A DNA stretch of 38,228 nucleotides from a virus. A program made the position numbers and the translations under genes. The notes below the pieces were generated by a model. The model worked only from the letters and a program-made list of their open reading frames with translations. It was not told where the DNA came from and did not search any database. Below are positions 27,348 to 35,968 of the stretch, one piece after another. Within the stretch, counting starts at the first letter, position 1, and each line of letters begins with the position of its first letter. Location of the stretch: IMG/VR virus record IMGVR_UViG_3300029206_000010, positions 1 to 38,228 of that record. The stretch is one strand, 5' to 3'.

Positions 27348-27405
27348 TGTCACACACGATAAAACTTCGCATGGATACGGCGAAATTAAATAAAGGAGTA
27401 ATATT

Positions 27406-27663
27406 ATGCTGAGAAGTCTTCTCCTTCTTGTTATGGTTTTGGCTTTTCCACATTTGCCCAGTGCTGTTGCGGCGACTCCTTCTTATACGTGCCCTGTTTG
27501 TTCTGACGGGCCTCTGCATTGCCAGCGTACAATGCCTGATGAATCCACTGGACAGCATCCATTGGAATATGCGAGGAAGAGTATCTGGCGTTGCAAACGC
27601 TGTGGTTCACGGTTTATTCTTGTTACTCCTGCGGGGCGTCTGGCCAAGCTGGGCAAAAAGTAG
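27406..27663 (+). CDS. small exported Cys-rich protein (signal peptide, CPVC..CKRC zinc-ribbon-like)
   Basis: RBS aaaggag; MLRSLLLLVMVLAFPHLPSAVAA signal; about 50% GC. Confidence 0.6.
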   Translation: MLRSLLLLVMVLAFPHLPSAVAATPSYTCPVCSDGPLHCQRTMPDESTGQHPLEYARKSIWRCKRCGSRFILVTPAGRLAKLGKK

Positions 27664-27744
27664 CACGTGTGTCCACAGATATATTTCCTGCTGATCTTCC
27701 CTCCTGTATAGTGAGGCCACTACTACCATACAGGAGGATTATTT

Positions 27745-28320
27745 ATGGCTGAATTCGCAAGCAAAGGCATAGCTGGAACAGGCCTTGGACTTGGCATTGC
27801 TGGTACGGCTTTGTCTCTTCTTAATGGTAACGGCGGGGGCCTTGGCGGCATTTTAGGTGGTAATAACTGCGCCAGTGTCATTGCTGAAAAGGATGCAAAG
27901 ATAGCGGAACTGACTGCGCAGAAGTATTCTGACAATCAGGATGCAGTTTTGTATCAGGCCACAAGGGCTGAGAACAAAAACCTGCGGGACGAGGTCTTTG
28001 CCTATGTTACTCCTATTGCGCAGGAAGCCGCTTCCAATCGTGAGCGCGTGGCAGTCCTGGAAGCTAAGCAGGCTTGTGATGCTGAGGCAGCCGCTTTGCG
28101 GGAAAAACTTGTCAGGGCTGAGCTTGGGGCCAAAATAGATGGTGTGGCACAGACTTGCGGCTGTGGCATCTCTCAGCTTAATAATGCTGTTGCGGCCATC
28201 AATACTACTCTTGGGGCTATTACCCAGACAGTAATTCCCAAAAGTGCCATCTGTCCGGAAGTTATGAGCAGGTATAATTCCTGGACGGCGCCCACTGCAG
28301 CCGCTACAAATGAAGGCTAG
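27745..28320 (+). CDS. hypothetical protein: Gly-zipper hydrophobic N-terminus, coiled coil, Cys-containing C-terminus
   Basis: RBS caggaggatt; GIAGTGLGLGIAGTALSLLNGNGGGLGGILGG; about 50% GC. Confidence 0.6.
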   Translation: MAEFASKGIAGTGLGLGIAGTALSLLNGNGGGLGGILGGNNCASVIAEKDAKIAELTAQKYSDNQDAVLYQATRAENKNLRDEVFAYVTPIAQEAASNRERVAVLEAKQACDAEAAALREKLVRAELGAKIDGVAQTCGCGISQLNNAVAAINTTLGAITQTVIPKSAICPEVMSRYNSWTAPTAAATNEG

Positions 28321-28322
28321 CC

Positions 28323-28658
28323 ATGTCCAGAATAACGGCGGAAAATCTTAGCCTGGCTGTTTGTACCTACATAGAGTCAGAGCTGATACCTCAAAGCAGC
28401 GGCTTGCAGAAAGTAGGATTGTACCTGGCTATGCCGGTTATACAGACAAAAGCTAAAGCATTGCTTGAACAGTTTACTCCTATCCTTGGCTTTCTTGACA
28501 GTCTGAATGCTGATGGTTCTGTTAAACCGGATGTTATTTTCGCCCGTATTAAAGACGCCGTACATAAGGCTGGTACTGTACCTGTATTAGGTATCATCTT
28601 TGATGAAAGCGATGTGGACAAACTACAGGCTATTGCATCGCAGTTTGTGCAGGAGTGA
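28323..28658 (+). CDS. hypothetical protein (111 aa), low GC
   Basis: About 45% GC; ATG 3 nt after upstream stop. Confidence 0.55.
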   Translation: MSRITAENLSLAVCTYIESELIPQSSGLQKVGLYLAMPVIQTKAKALLEQFTPILGFLDSLNADGSVKPDVIFARIKDAVHKAGTVPVLGIIFDESDVDKLQAIASQFVQE

Positions 28659-28846
28659 TTATGGAGTACAAGGAATGGCGCATGAACGCTTCGGAAGAAA
28701 CAGAGAAGCAGGCACTTAAGACTATAGATTATATTCTGAATAATGCTTCCTCCGAACGCTTGTATAGTCAGGAGCTTGACGACTTACTTGACTGCTGGCG
28801 TCTGCTGTGTCATATGCACCCCAATATGGCAATGAACAACAAATAG
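28655..28846 (+). CDS. hypothetical small protein (63 aa)
   Basis: ATGA overlap with upstream gene; followed by strong terminator. Confidence 0.5.
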   Translation: MIMEYKEWRMNASEETEKQALKTIDYILNNASSERLYSQELDDLLDCWRLLCHMHPNMAMNNK

Positions 28847-28870
28847 TTACCACATTAGGTAGTAGTGTCA

Positions 28871-28903
28871 GGGCTGATATTGTATCAGCCCTTTTTTGTT
28901 TTT
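28871..28903 (+). terminator. rho-independent terminator (gggctgata-ttg-tatcagccc + TTTTTTGTTTTT)
   Basis: Read directly; ends the + strand gene block before int. Confidence 0.8.
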
Positions 28904-28984
28904 AGGAGCGTTTACCCAATTTTTATAAAAATTTCCCGGCAGAAGCGCTTGACCTCTGCCGGGCTGTGCGGCGGCCTTTTCCGG

Positions 28985-29130
28985 CCTGCACCATAAGTTT
29001 GGTGCAGGATGTGTTGTAAGTCATTGAATTTTCACTAAATACGCGTTCCTGTCCCGGGACAGTATATTTAGCGCCTTATGCCCTGTTTTCAGTGGGTTAG
29101 CTTAAAAACCTGCACCATTCTGCACCAATC
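28985..29130. promoter_or_regulatory. attP-like region: palindrome cctgcacca-N6-tggtgcagg, two more direct CTGCACCA copies abutting int stop, and 14-bp palindrome ctgtcccgggacag
   Basis: Read directly; between terminator and integrase 3' end. Confidence 0.5.
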
Positions 29131-30154
29131 ATGAGGGGAGAGCGGGCAAATCCTGCGCGGCTCTCTCCTGAGCCCCCGCCACTGCGTGAGTGTAGAAGGC
29201 CCCGGTGGTGGTGATGTTTTTGTGTCCGAGCTGCGCGGCGACGGCGGCTATATCAGCTCCCGCCTCCAGCATCAGGCTGGCAGCCATGTGCCGGACGGTG
29301 TACATGGGGAACCGGGCAACGCCGGCTTTTTGGCAGGCTATATGCCAAAAGTATTTTATCGTGGAGTACGGCTTTCCGTGCGGGGACGGGCAGACAGGTT
29401 CTTCCGGATTCCTTCCCTGAGCTTTCTGTTTGGCCTCGTCCAGCCACCAGCGCGGACAGAAAACAACCTTCTGCCGGCGTGTCTTTGGCATCCAGACAGA
29501 CGCCCTGCCGTGCGCAAGGTCAATATCCCGCCATTTAAGGTTGATGACTTCCTTCCCCGGACGCAGGCACAGGGCAAGGCATGTGCGTATAGCCCACTGG
29601 AGCGCGGGAGCACACAAGGCGTATACTTTGCGGAAGTCGTCAAAACTTCCGCACCAATGGCTGTGTGGTCCCTCTGGCAGATGCCTGTACTTTTCCCACG
29701 GCACAGCTTCAAGGAAGTCTTCACTCGCACACCACCGCCATGCCGCAAGGAGTTTCTGCACGTGGCGATTAATTGAGTATGCCGAAAGATTCCATTCCTG
29801 CCGTAACACATCCCTGAAGTGTTCCAGGTCACGGCGTGTCAGACTGTCTACGTATCTTGAGGCCATACTGTCACCCATGCGCGACAGAACAAGCGCGTAG
29901 TAGCCTTCTGTGGTTCTGGCATGCTTCGTGCGCGACAGGAACAGAAGAATTGACTCCGCCACAGTGAGCCTGTTATTACTTCGCTCGTCATAGCTTTTTT
30001 CCTTTTGAAGGGCTTCCGCTTCCTCTCGGGTGCGGAAGCTCTTCTGTTTCCAGATATTGCCTTCCTTGAATTTGCAAACAAAACGGCCGTCGTTACGTTG
30101 ATAAACGCTCACGGAGTTTTCCTTCCCGGATGAGGGCCGCCGCATCAGACGCAC
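29129..30154 (-). CDS. int: tyrosine recombinase / phage integrase
   Basis: C-terminal catalytic region VRHMAASLMLEAGADIAAVAAQLGHKNITTTGAFYTH (R..H..R/H..Y); N-terminal SAM-like domain. Confidence 0.9.
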   Translation of the reverse strand: MRLMRRPSSGKENSVSVYQRNDGRFVCKFKEGNIWKQKSFRTREEAEALQKEKSYDERSNNRLTVAESILLFLSRTKHARTTEGYYALVLSRMGDSMASRYVDSLTRRDLEHFRDVLRQEWNLSAYSINRHVQKLLAAWRWCASEDFLEAVPWEKYRHLPEGPHSHWCGSFDDFRKVYALCAPALQWAIRTCLALCLRPGKEVINLKWRDIDLAHGRASVWMPKTRRQKVVFCPRWWLDEAKQKAQGRNPEEPVCPSPHGKPYSTIKYFWHIACQKAGVARFPMYTVRHMAASLMLEAGADIAAVAAQLGHKNITTTGAFYTHAVAGAQERAAQDLPALPS

Positions 30155-30302
30155 TTATCGTTTTTCTGCGCGAGGGTCTAGTAGTGCTGCTCACTTCCAG
30201 CAGGTCATCCATCTTCTTCTCCAGCTCGGCGATAGCCTTCCGGTGACGCTGGATGTCAAGCCGGATCTGCCGCAGAGTAGTCAGCTCGCTCACTTCTCCC
30301 AT
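30093..30302 (-). CDS. small coiled-coil protein upstream of int (excisionase/recombination directionality factor candidate)
   Basis: Internal ATG (M53 of track ORF 30093..30458) preceded by gaggacat RBS-like; 69 aa; overlaps int start region. Confidence 0.35.
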   Translation of the reverse strand: MGEVSELTTLRQIRLDIQRHRKAIAELEKKMDDLLEVSSTTRPSRRKTISASDAAALIREGKLRERLST

Positions 30303-30796
30303 ATGTCCTCCAGACCAGGGGCCTTCCTCGGGGAAGCGTGGCAGTGCCAGATGCGGGCCGCCTCTTCGGCCTCTGCCTGATGGTGAAGGTAGAGCCGATC
30401 CGAGGTGAGGCTGATGAGGTGCTTTGCCTTTATCCAGAGCTCGGGCCTCTTCTTCCATAAGCCTCCGTAATAGAGGGCGTCGGCGTAGGCCTCGTCACCT
30501 AAAAACCACATGACGCACCAAGAGCTATAGGCGTCATCCCTCGTCTGGCTATGATCGGCGTCATAGGCATCTATGGCGTCGGCGGCCGCCTCGCACGCGG
30601 CCTGCATGTCACGGCGCTCTCCGGCGGTGAGGGCTCCCACCTCCAGAAGTCCCTGTATCTCCATGAGGGCCTTCTGCGCCTCGATGAGGCGGGCCGGCTT
30701 CTTCTTCCAGTCTGGATATTTTTCCAGGGCGACCAGCGGGAAGCTCACGCCGATGCAGCAGTCGCGGTGGGCGATGGAGTTACCTGGGCATCTCAT
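30290..30796 (-). CDS. hypothetical protein (168 aa)
   Basis: RBS agggagga 5 nt before ATG. Confidence 0.55.
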   Translation of the reverse strand: MRCPGNSIAHRDCCIGVSFPLVALEKYPDWKKKPARLIEAQKALMEIQGLLEVGALTAGERRDMQAACEAAADAIDAYDADHSQTRDDAYSSWCVMWFLGDEAYADALYYGGLWKKRPELWIKAKHLISLTSDRLYLHHQAEAEEAARIWHCHASPRKAPGLEDIWEK

Positions 30797-31049
30797 CGCG
30801 TCCTCCCTGCATCTTCATGGCCTCAGCTACGAGGGCTGATATGGCCGTCTCCATAGCCTTCCTTGTATCCATCCCCCCTTCGAGGATGGCCATCAGGGCG
30901 TGGGTGAAGTTTTGAGCTATCAGTCTGTAATCCATCCCTTCTGGTATGTACGTGAAGACTCTTCCCTCATCCATGGCTATGACAGCCCTCTGCCTTTTCT
31001 CGTCGTTGATGTAGGGCCATACGGCCCGCGCCAGCTCCTTCGCTGTCAT
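30780..31049 (-). CDS. hypothetical protein (89 aa)
   Basis: Start at internal ATG with gggggaggtg RBS; coupled to upstream RdgC stop. Confidence 0.5.
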   Translation of the reverse strand: MTAKELARAVWPYINDEKRQRAVIAMDEGRVFTYIPEGMDYRLIAQNFTHALMAILEGGMDTRKAMETAISALVAEAMKMQGGRDEMPR

Positions 31050-32170
31050 GCCAGCACCTCCCCCATCCACTTCATCATCTCGTCCGTCGTCTTCTTCCAC
31101 TTGCCCTCGTCGAGCCGGAGGCCGAGGAACTGACGGTAGAGGCTGTCCAGGAGGGTAACGGCGGTTTCGATGAGGAAAACTTTTTCCAGAAAGAGCGCAT
31201 CCGGATCATCATCACGGTCGGACTTGTCAATCTTGGGTGTCTTCAGACCGTTGAGGGAAAAGTCAGCGGCCTTCACGGAAACATCGAACCCGAAGTCGTC
31301 CTTTGTGAGATGGATGAGGGCGCTGGTGACCTTCTTTCCGCGGCGGAGTCCGACACGGGCCTCCAGCAGAGACTCGCCCGGGACCCACGTCGCCATGGAC
31401 GTTGTTTCCCGATCGGTCCCGCAAAAGCTGGTCACGGTCACGCGTTTTTCCATGGAAACCTGAAAGGGCTGGGCGTTGCCAGCGAGGAAAAAGGTGGAGA
31501 CGACATCTGACCTGAACCAGAGCCAGGTAAGGAAATCCTGCCCCAGCATGCCGTTTGGGGATTCGTCGGGCGTGTCGGTACTATGGATTTTTTCCTCCGC
31601 GGCATCCCCGAGCATGGACAGAGCCAGCGCAGAGGGTGTCAGCTGCTCAATGTGCAGCTCGAAGGTGGCGAGAAAGCGCTGCACAAAGAGCTCAATCACC
31701 TTTTCCTGCGTGGAGGCGAACCAGATTTCGTTGTTCGCGGTGTTCCAGATGACGTTGAACTCGCTGGGAACGGGCAGAAAACGCCTGCGCAGGGAAATCT
31801 GCACCAGTTCCTTCAGCTCCTTGCGGCGTTCGCGGGAAATGAATTTCTTCCCGTTTTTTTCGTTTTCCGCCTTTTCCCGCTTCAGCGCGAGAACGAGATG
31901 CTTGCGGGCAACGCCCGCGGGAATGCGGCGGGTGTCAACACGCAGGGAGAAGGCAATGTAGGCGCCTTTCTGCGGCGGGCCTGCCTGCCAGGTGGTGTCC
32001 AGGTAGTCGTCAAAACTGACCCAGCCGTCGGCCTGGGACTCAGTTGTTTCGTCAATATCGAGGAAGGCGCCATTTTTGAGCAGCTGGGGAATTTCAGCCC
32101 AGAGCCCATCTGGCACGGGATCAATGACGCGGAAGCGCGTAAAGCTGCAGGATGAAGCGAGGAATCCCAT
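31046..32170 (-). CDS. rdgC: RdgC-like recombination-associated protein
   Basis: N-terminal FTRFRV..P...E..L...AF......ESQADGWVS pattern characteristic of RdgC; 374 aa. Confidence 0.7.
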   Translation of the reverse strand: MGFLASSCSFTRFRVIDPVPDGLWAEIPQLLKNGAFLDIDETTESQADGWVSFDDYLDTTWQAGPPQKGAYIAFSLRVDTRRIPAGVARKHLVLALKREKAENEKNGKKFISRERRKELKELVQISLRRRFLPVPSEFNVIWNTANNEIWFASTQEKVIELFVQRFLATFELHIEQLTPSALALSMLGDAAEEKIHSTDTPDESPNGMLGQDFLTWLWFRSDVVSTFFLAGNAQPFQVSMEKRVTVTSFCGTDRETTSMATWVPGESLLEARVGLRRGKKVTSALIHLTKDDFGFDVSVKAADFSLNGLKTPKIDKSDRDDDPDALFLEKVFLIETAVTLLDSLYRQFLGLRLDEGKWKKTTDEMMKWMGEVLA

Positions 32171-32180
32171 TGTCTACTCC

Positions 32181-32525
32181 TTACTGAAGGACTGTTTCCG
32201 ACGGGGAGTCGGCGGAGTCACAGTCCTCGAAGATGTGCAGCGCGGTGTTCCTGATGGCCAGGCGGTCTTCTTCGCGAATTCTCACGTTATACATATTCGC
32301 GAAATACAGGACGCAGATGAAAAGGAACCCGGCATACGCGGCTACATCATCTTTTCGCGTTTTCTGCATTTCCCATATGCCATCGAGGCAGTTGAAGGTG
32401 ATCTCCTCTAAGGTGATGTCTTTACATACTTCTATCCTGTCGCCCTCTCCGCCCATGATGCAGAAGAAGGGCCCTTCCACGTTTTTCACGTAGTCTTCTA
32501 TTTTTTTATGGATTTCCTCCATCAC
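32181..32525 (-). CDS. hypothetical protein (114 aa)
   Basis: ORF in leftward operon. Confidence 0.45.
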   Translation of the reverse strand: MMEEIHKKIEDYVKNVEGPFFCIMGGEGDRIEVCKDITLEEITFNCLDGIWEMQKTRKDDVAAYAGFLFICVLYFANMYNVRIREEDRLAIRNTALHIFEDCDSADSPSETVLQ

Positions 32526-32821
32526 TTGCTCTCCTCGTCCTTACGGCAGAAGGCGGCGTTGGCCTTTGCGGCCGCAAGGGCCTCAAGCACGACGTCCTCG
32601 TCCTTGTCTGTGAGCTCTCTCTCCTGCTGGACAAAGTAGAGCAGCGTCCAGAGGATCCAGCGCATGGCGTCTCGGGGAGTCTTGTAGCTTCTCGTAAAGC
32701 GGTACGCCTTGCCGATGAGGGCCTCCAGAGAGCTCAGGAGAGTGGGATCATCTGGAGAAACTACTGTCTCCGTGCATCTTTCCTCGTGGTTCAAAAAATC
32801 TACGACTTCTTTAAAATTCAT
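32522..32821 (-). CDS. hypothetical protein (99 aa)
   Basis: RBS cggaggtaaaat before ATG. Confidence 0.5.
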   Translation of the reverse strand: MNFKEVVDFLNHEERCTETVVSPDDPTLLSSLEALIGKAYRFTRSYKTPRDAMRWILWTLLYFVQQERELTDKDEDVVLEALAAAKANAAFCRKDEESK

Positions 32822-32922
32822 ATTTTACCTCCGTAACTGGCGGGGCTCATCGCCCCGCCTTCATCTCACGTCCCTAGTCCCGGTTGTTTCCAAAATGGAA
32901 ATAACCACTCGGCATGGGGTCC

Positions 32923-33975
32923 CTAATCCCACTGCGGGCATCCCTGCCGATGAGGGCAGTTCGGGCAGTCGAGAACGTCATCGACCATCTTGCCGCTATC
33001 CGGGCACTTAATCTTTTCCCCCGGGCCCTTGGCCTTGGCGGGCTGAGGCTCGGGCTCGGGCTTGGGTGCAGCCTTCTTGGCGGAAGTCTGCTCCGCTGCC
33101 TTCTCCGCGTGCTGTTCCGCGGGCTTTTCTTCAGCCTGTTCGGCCGTAGCCGGCTCTTCCTTCGCGGGCTCGTCGGCCTTCTTCTCCGCGGGCTGGGGCT
33201 CGTGCTCCAACATGGCGTTGATCGCATCCACAGTAGCCGCGGGAGTGGGCTTCTTCTCCTCCACGACTTCAGCGGTGGTTGTCTGGGCTTCTTCCGCGGC
33301 GAAGGCGTCGGCGACCTTGGTCACGGGGAGCCATGCAGAGAGACGCTTGATGGCCGTCTTAATGGCCATGGCTGCGTAGTGGTCCCGCCATGCAGGCGAG
33401 TTGCCGCGGTTCAGCGCCCGCGCCTGATCAATCTCCATCTTGGTGACGAGGCGGACAATGGGCTCTCCAGTCTTGAGCACCACGGCCGCGTAGGCCGCTA
33501 TCACATCCTCGGGCTTGCCGGTGCGGGCCTCCGGATTGAGAAGGTCGATCTTATGGATGATTCGGGGAGATATGCCGCTCTCGTATTCAAAGAGTCCCTG
33601 CTCGACTTCCTGTCTGTACACCACATCCGCGTTGAAGGATGCTATAGCCCCGCTCCGGTACATCAGCTGCATGAGGCCCTTGTATCCAACCTGAAACTGG
33701 CATTCGCGGTTGTAGGGGATGAGGTAAGCCAAGCCCTGCGGGGTGTTCGGCTCCAGATTAAGCTGCGCGCAGGTCATCATGGCTCCGAGGATGGAGGCCG
33801 GTTCACACTGGGCGAGCTTCGGGGTCTGGCGCATAGCCGTGAGGCAGATTCTCGTAAAGCGCTCGGCTCTCTCCTGCCTCTGGGCCGGAGTGCTGCCTCC
33901 GATGGCGAGGGCGAACTGGGGCTTGGACCTCATGATGAGGTCGGGGAGGTTGTTGAAATTGTTTATCGTAGTCAT
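32923..33975 (-). CDS. recT: RecT-family single-strand annealing recombinase with C-terminal low-complexity linker and CxxC..CxxC zinc ribbon
   Basis: RecT core (FALAIGGSTPAQRQER..TPKLAQCEPASILGAMMTCAQLNLEPN..GLAYLIPY..VGYKGLMQL); C-terminal EEKPAEQ-rich tail ending CPDSGKMVDDVLDCPNCPHRQGCPQW. Confidence 0.85.
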   Translation of the reverse strand: MTTINNFNNLPDLIMRSKPQFALAIGGSTPAQRQERAERFTRICLTAMRQTPKLAQCEPASILGAMMTCAQLNLEPNTPQGLAYLIPYNRECQFQVGYKGLMQLMYRSGAIASFNADVVYRQEVEQGLFEYESGISPRIIHKIDLLNPEARTGKPEDVIAAYAAVVLKTGEPIVRLVTKMEIDQARALNRGNSPAWRDHYAAMAIKTAIKRLSAWLPVTKVADAFAAEEAQTTTAEVVEEKKPTPAATVDAINAMLEHEPQPAEKKADEPAKEEPATAEQAEEKPAEQHAEKAAEQTSAKKAAPKPEPEPQPAKAKGPGEKIKCPDSGKMVDDVLDCPNCPHRQGCPQWD

Positions 33976-33987
33976 ACGTTTTTCTCC

Positions 33988-34809
33988 TTATTTTGAGGCC
34001 TGATAGTAGGCCCACTCCGGCAGATCCACTTCGTAGATGCCGGACGTGTAGGCCGGCCAGGAATCGTCTTCGCGGCAGTGGATAAGCGTCCTTGCGGCCC
34101 GCATGCACTGGTCATCACCGAGGGCCAGCGCGTCGGCCGTAAAGGACAGCGGCGTCACGAGGTATGGCGCCTGCTTGGACACAAAGAAGAAGATGAATGG
34201 CGCCTCGATCCCGCACGCCTTCAGGCCGCGGGTGTACCATGCGGCCTGCCGGTGATACCCGAAGTTGTACGCCTTGCGGGCAAGCTCCGACGGCTTCACC
34301 GTGTCGGCCGTGGTTTTGAGGTCAATTGCGACCCAGGTTCCATCGGGAAGTTGCGCAAGGCGGTCGACACGCGCCTTGCAGGGAAGGGGCTTGTCCTCGA
34401 CGGTCTCTTCCCAGTAGAGGGACACTTCGCTTTTGCCGGGGAGAGCCAGAAGTTTTGACGTCGTCGGGCACGCGGTGAGGAGACTGTCGGACATGCTCTC
34501 GGCCTGGCTCCAGTCCTCTCCGGAGAAGGCCGTGATGCTTTTCTCTGCGAGGGCCTTGCGCTCCTCCTTGCCCGCCTTGGTGGTGCCGGGGTACTGGCAG
34601 ACTGCGTACCGCTCGGCCACCTTGTCCGGCTCGAGGACCATGGCATGCACGAGGGAGCCGAGAAGGAAGGCCTTGCTGGGCGCCTCCTCCATGGTCTGAT
34701 GAGCCTTGTAGAGCGCGGGACATTCCAGAAGGTAGCCGATGGAAGTGTTATTGAGAGCCTTTTCCGCGAAGTATTCCGCTGCCGGCTGATCATAGATAAT
34801 CTTGGCCAT
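33988..34809 (-). CDS. PD-(D/E)XK family nuclease (RecB/Cas4-like), probable exonuclease partner of RecT
   Basis: D..IDLKTT (D..K) and GYHRQAAWY (QxxxY) motifs; adjacent upstream of recT. Confidence 0.65.
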   Translation of the reverse strand: MAKIIYDQPAAEYFAEKALNNTSIGYLLECPALYKAHQTMEEAPSKAFLLGSLVHAMVLEPDKVAERYAVCQYPGTTKAGKEERKALAEKSITAFSGEDWSQAESMSDSLLTACPTTSKLLALPGKSEVSLYWEETVEDKPLPCKARVDRLAQLPDGTWVAIDLKTTADTVKPSELARKAYNFGYHRQAAWYTRGLKACGIEAPFIFFFVSKQAPYLVTPLSFTADALALGDDQCMRAARTLIHCREDDSWPAYTSGIYEVDLPEWAYYQASK

Positions 34810-34818
34810 GGCCGCCCC

Positions 34819-35199
34819 CTATACTCTGGAGAAGTCGATGCAGCCGACGACATTATCTTCGGCGTCGAGCACCACGCTCCAGGGGAAGATGAGATCTTCC
34901 CGCTCAGGTAATGCCTGAGCAAGCATCTTGGGCACGATATAAAACGTGTCCGTCTTCGGTTCCGGCAGGCCGGTGATCTCTTCGGCTGTCCAGCGGAATA
35001 TCACGATCCCGTCCGCCACACCGGCGGCCTTATATGAGTACGTCGCTCTGGCTGGCTCCTTGGGTGCCGTGTACAGGCGCAGAGGCTCGGGGCGCTCTCC
35101 CGTATCCTCCTCCTCGCGGAGATAGAACCTTCCGTAATTCAGGATGCAGTCTGAGATGTTGTATATGTCCACGTCATGGGACGTAAGATTGATGATCAT
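34819..35199 (-). CDS. hypothetical protein (126 aa)
   Basis: Strong RBS aaaggagaaaaaaa before ATG. Confidence 0.55.
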   Translation of the reverse strand: MIINLTSHDVDIYNISDCILNYGRFYLREEEDTGERPEPLRLYTAPKEPARATYSYKAAGVADGIVIFRWTAEEITGLPEPKTDTFYIVPKMLAQALPEREDLIFPWSVVLDAEDNVVGCIDFSRV

Positions 35200-35665
35200 T
35201 TTTTTCTCCTTTGTTGGGGCCGGGCAGTCGTACCCGGCCCCTCGTGCCTATGTGCGGAGGAACCGCATGGATCCCCGCCCCGTGCCATGAGGCGGGAAAA
35301 GTGGTGAAGGGGCGGCCATGTAGAGAGAGGTAGTGGCCTGAGAGAGAGACTGTATCCTCTATGGCCGCCCCTGACGCCTCGCGGCGAAGGGCTGCGTCTG
35401 ACCCTGCCGTGGTCCCGGGGTCCGGGAAATTTTTCAGCGATTCACCCAACCGCTCATAGGCTTTCTGGAAACATCTTCTGCCGGGATGAAATGTAAAAAA
35501 CCATGCTTCGTTTTGGTGTAGAGGCGGCTATGCACGGATTCTATCTTCTTATTTTTGCGGGGGCCGGGCTATCTCTTCTCTCGTGACGGCTCCGGCCCCC
35601 ACGTTCCCTTACGCGGCTTTCTCCGACCGCGTCCCAGCCCGGCCACTCCGGGGCGGGAAATTTAA

Positions 35666-35959
35666 CTATTTCAATGCTTTTACCCTGATGATTTTTTTGC
35701 CAAATTTGCCGTATTCTTCGGCATCGTCCGGATAGCACACGATAGCGTCTATGTCGGCGATTAGACTTTGCGTGATGCCTTCTGAAAGGACGCTTGAGAC
35801 TGGGCTAAATCCATAACCGTCAACCAATCTCCACACTTCTTTTTCTGCGGCACTGACAATGTCCTCAAGCGATTGCTCGCTAACGAACTCGCCTTTGTGA
35901 CTTCCGATAAAACGGGTAAAGTCTTCGATGAGAATTTTTTTTGAAAAAAGATATTTCAT
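35666..35959 (-). CDS. low-GC (about 45%) mildly acidic hypothetical protein (97 aa)
   Basis: Compositionally foreign; first operon downstream of the operator palindromes. Confidence 0.55.
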   Translation of the reverse strand: MKYLFSKKILIEDFTRFIGSHKGEFVSEQSLEDIVSAAEKEVWRLVDGYGFSPVSSVLSEGITQSLIADIDAIVCYPDDAEEYGKFGKKIIRVKALK

Positions 35960-35968
35960 TTTTTCCCC

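Noticed and set aside
28905-29128. tRNA gene or tRNA 3' fragment at the attachment region
   Set aside because: No cloverleaf-compatible segment or CCA-proximal T-arm consensus could be recognised by eye. This should be scanned with tRNAscan or Aragorn.
29186-29900. Plus-strand ORFs inside the integrase gene
   Set aside because: Integrase catalytic motifs are on the minus strand.
31583-32155. Plus-strand 190-aa ORF over rdgC
   Set aside because: Antisense to a recognisable RdgC. No RBS.
32914-33996. 360-aa plus-strand ORF over recT
   Set aside because: RecT motifs are on the minus strand. The plus-strand translation is Leu/Gly/Arg low complexity.
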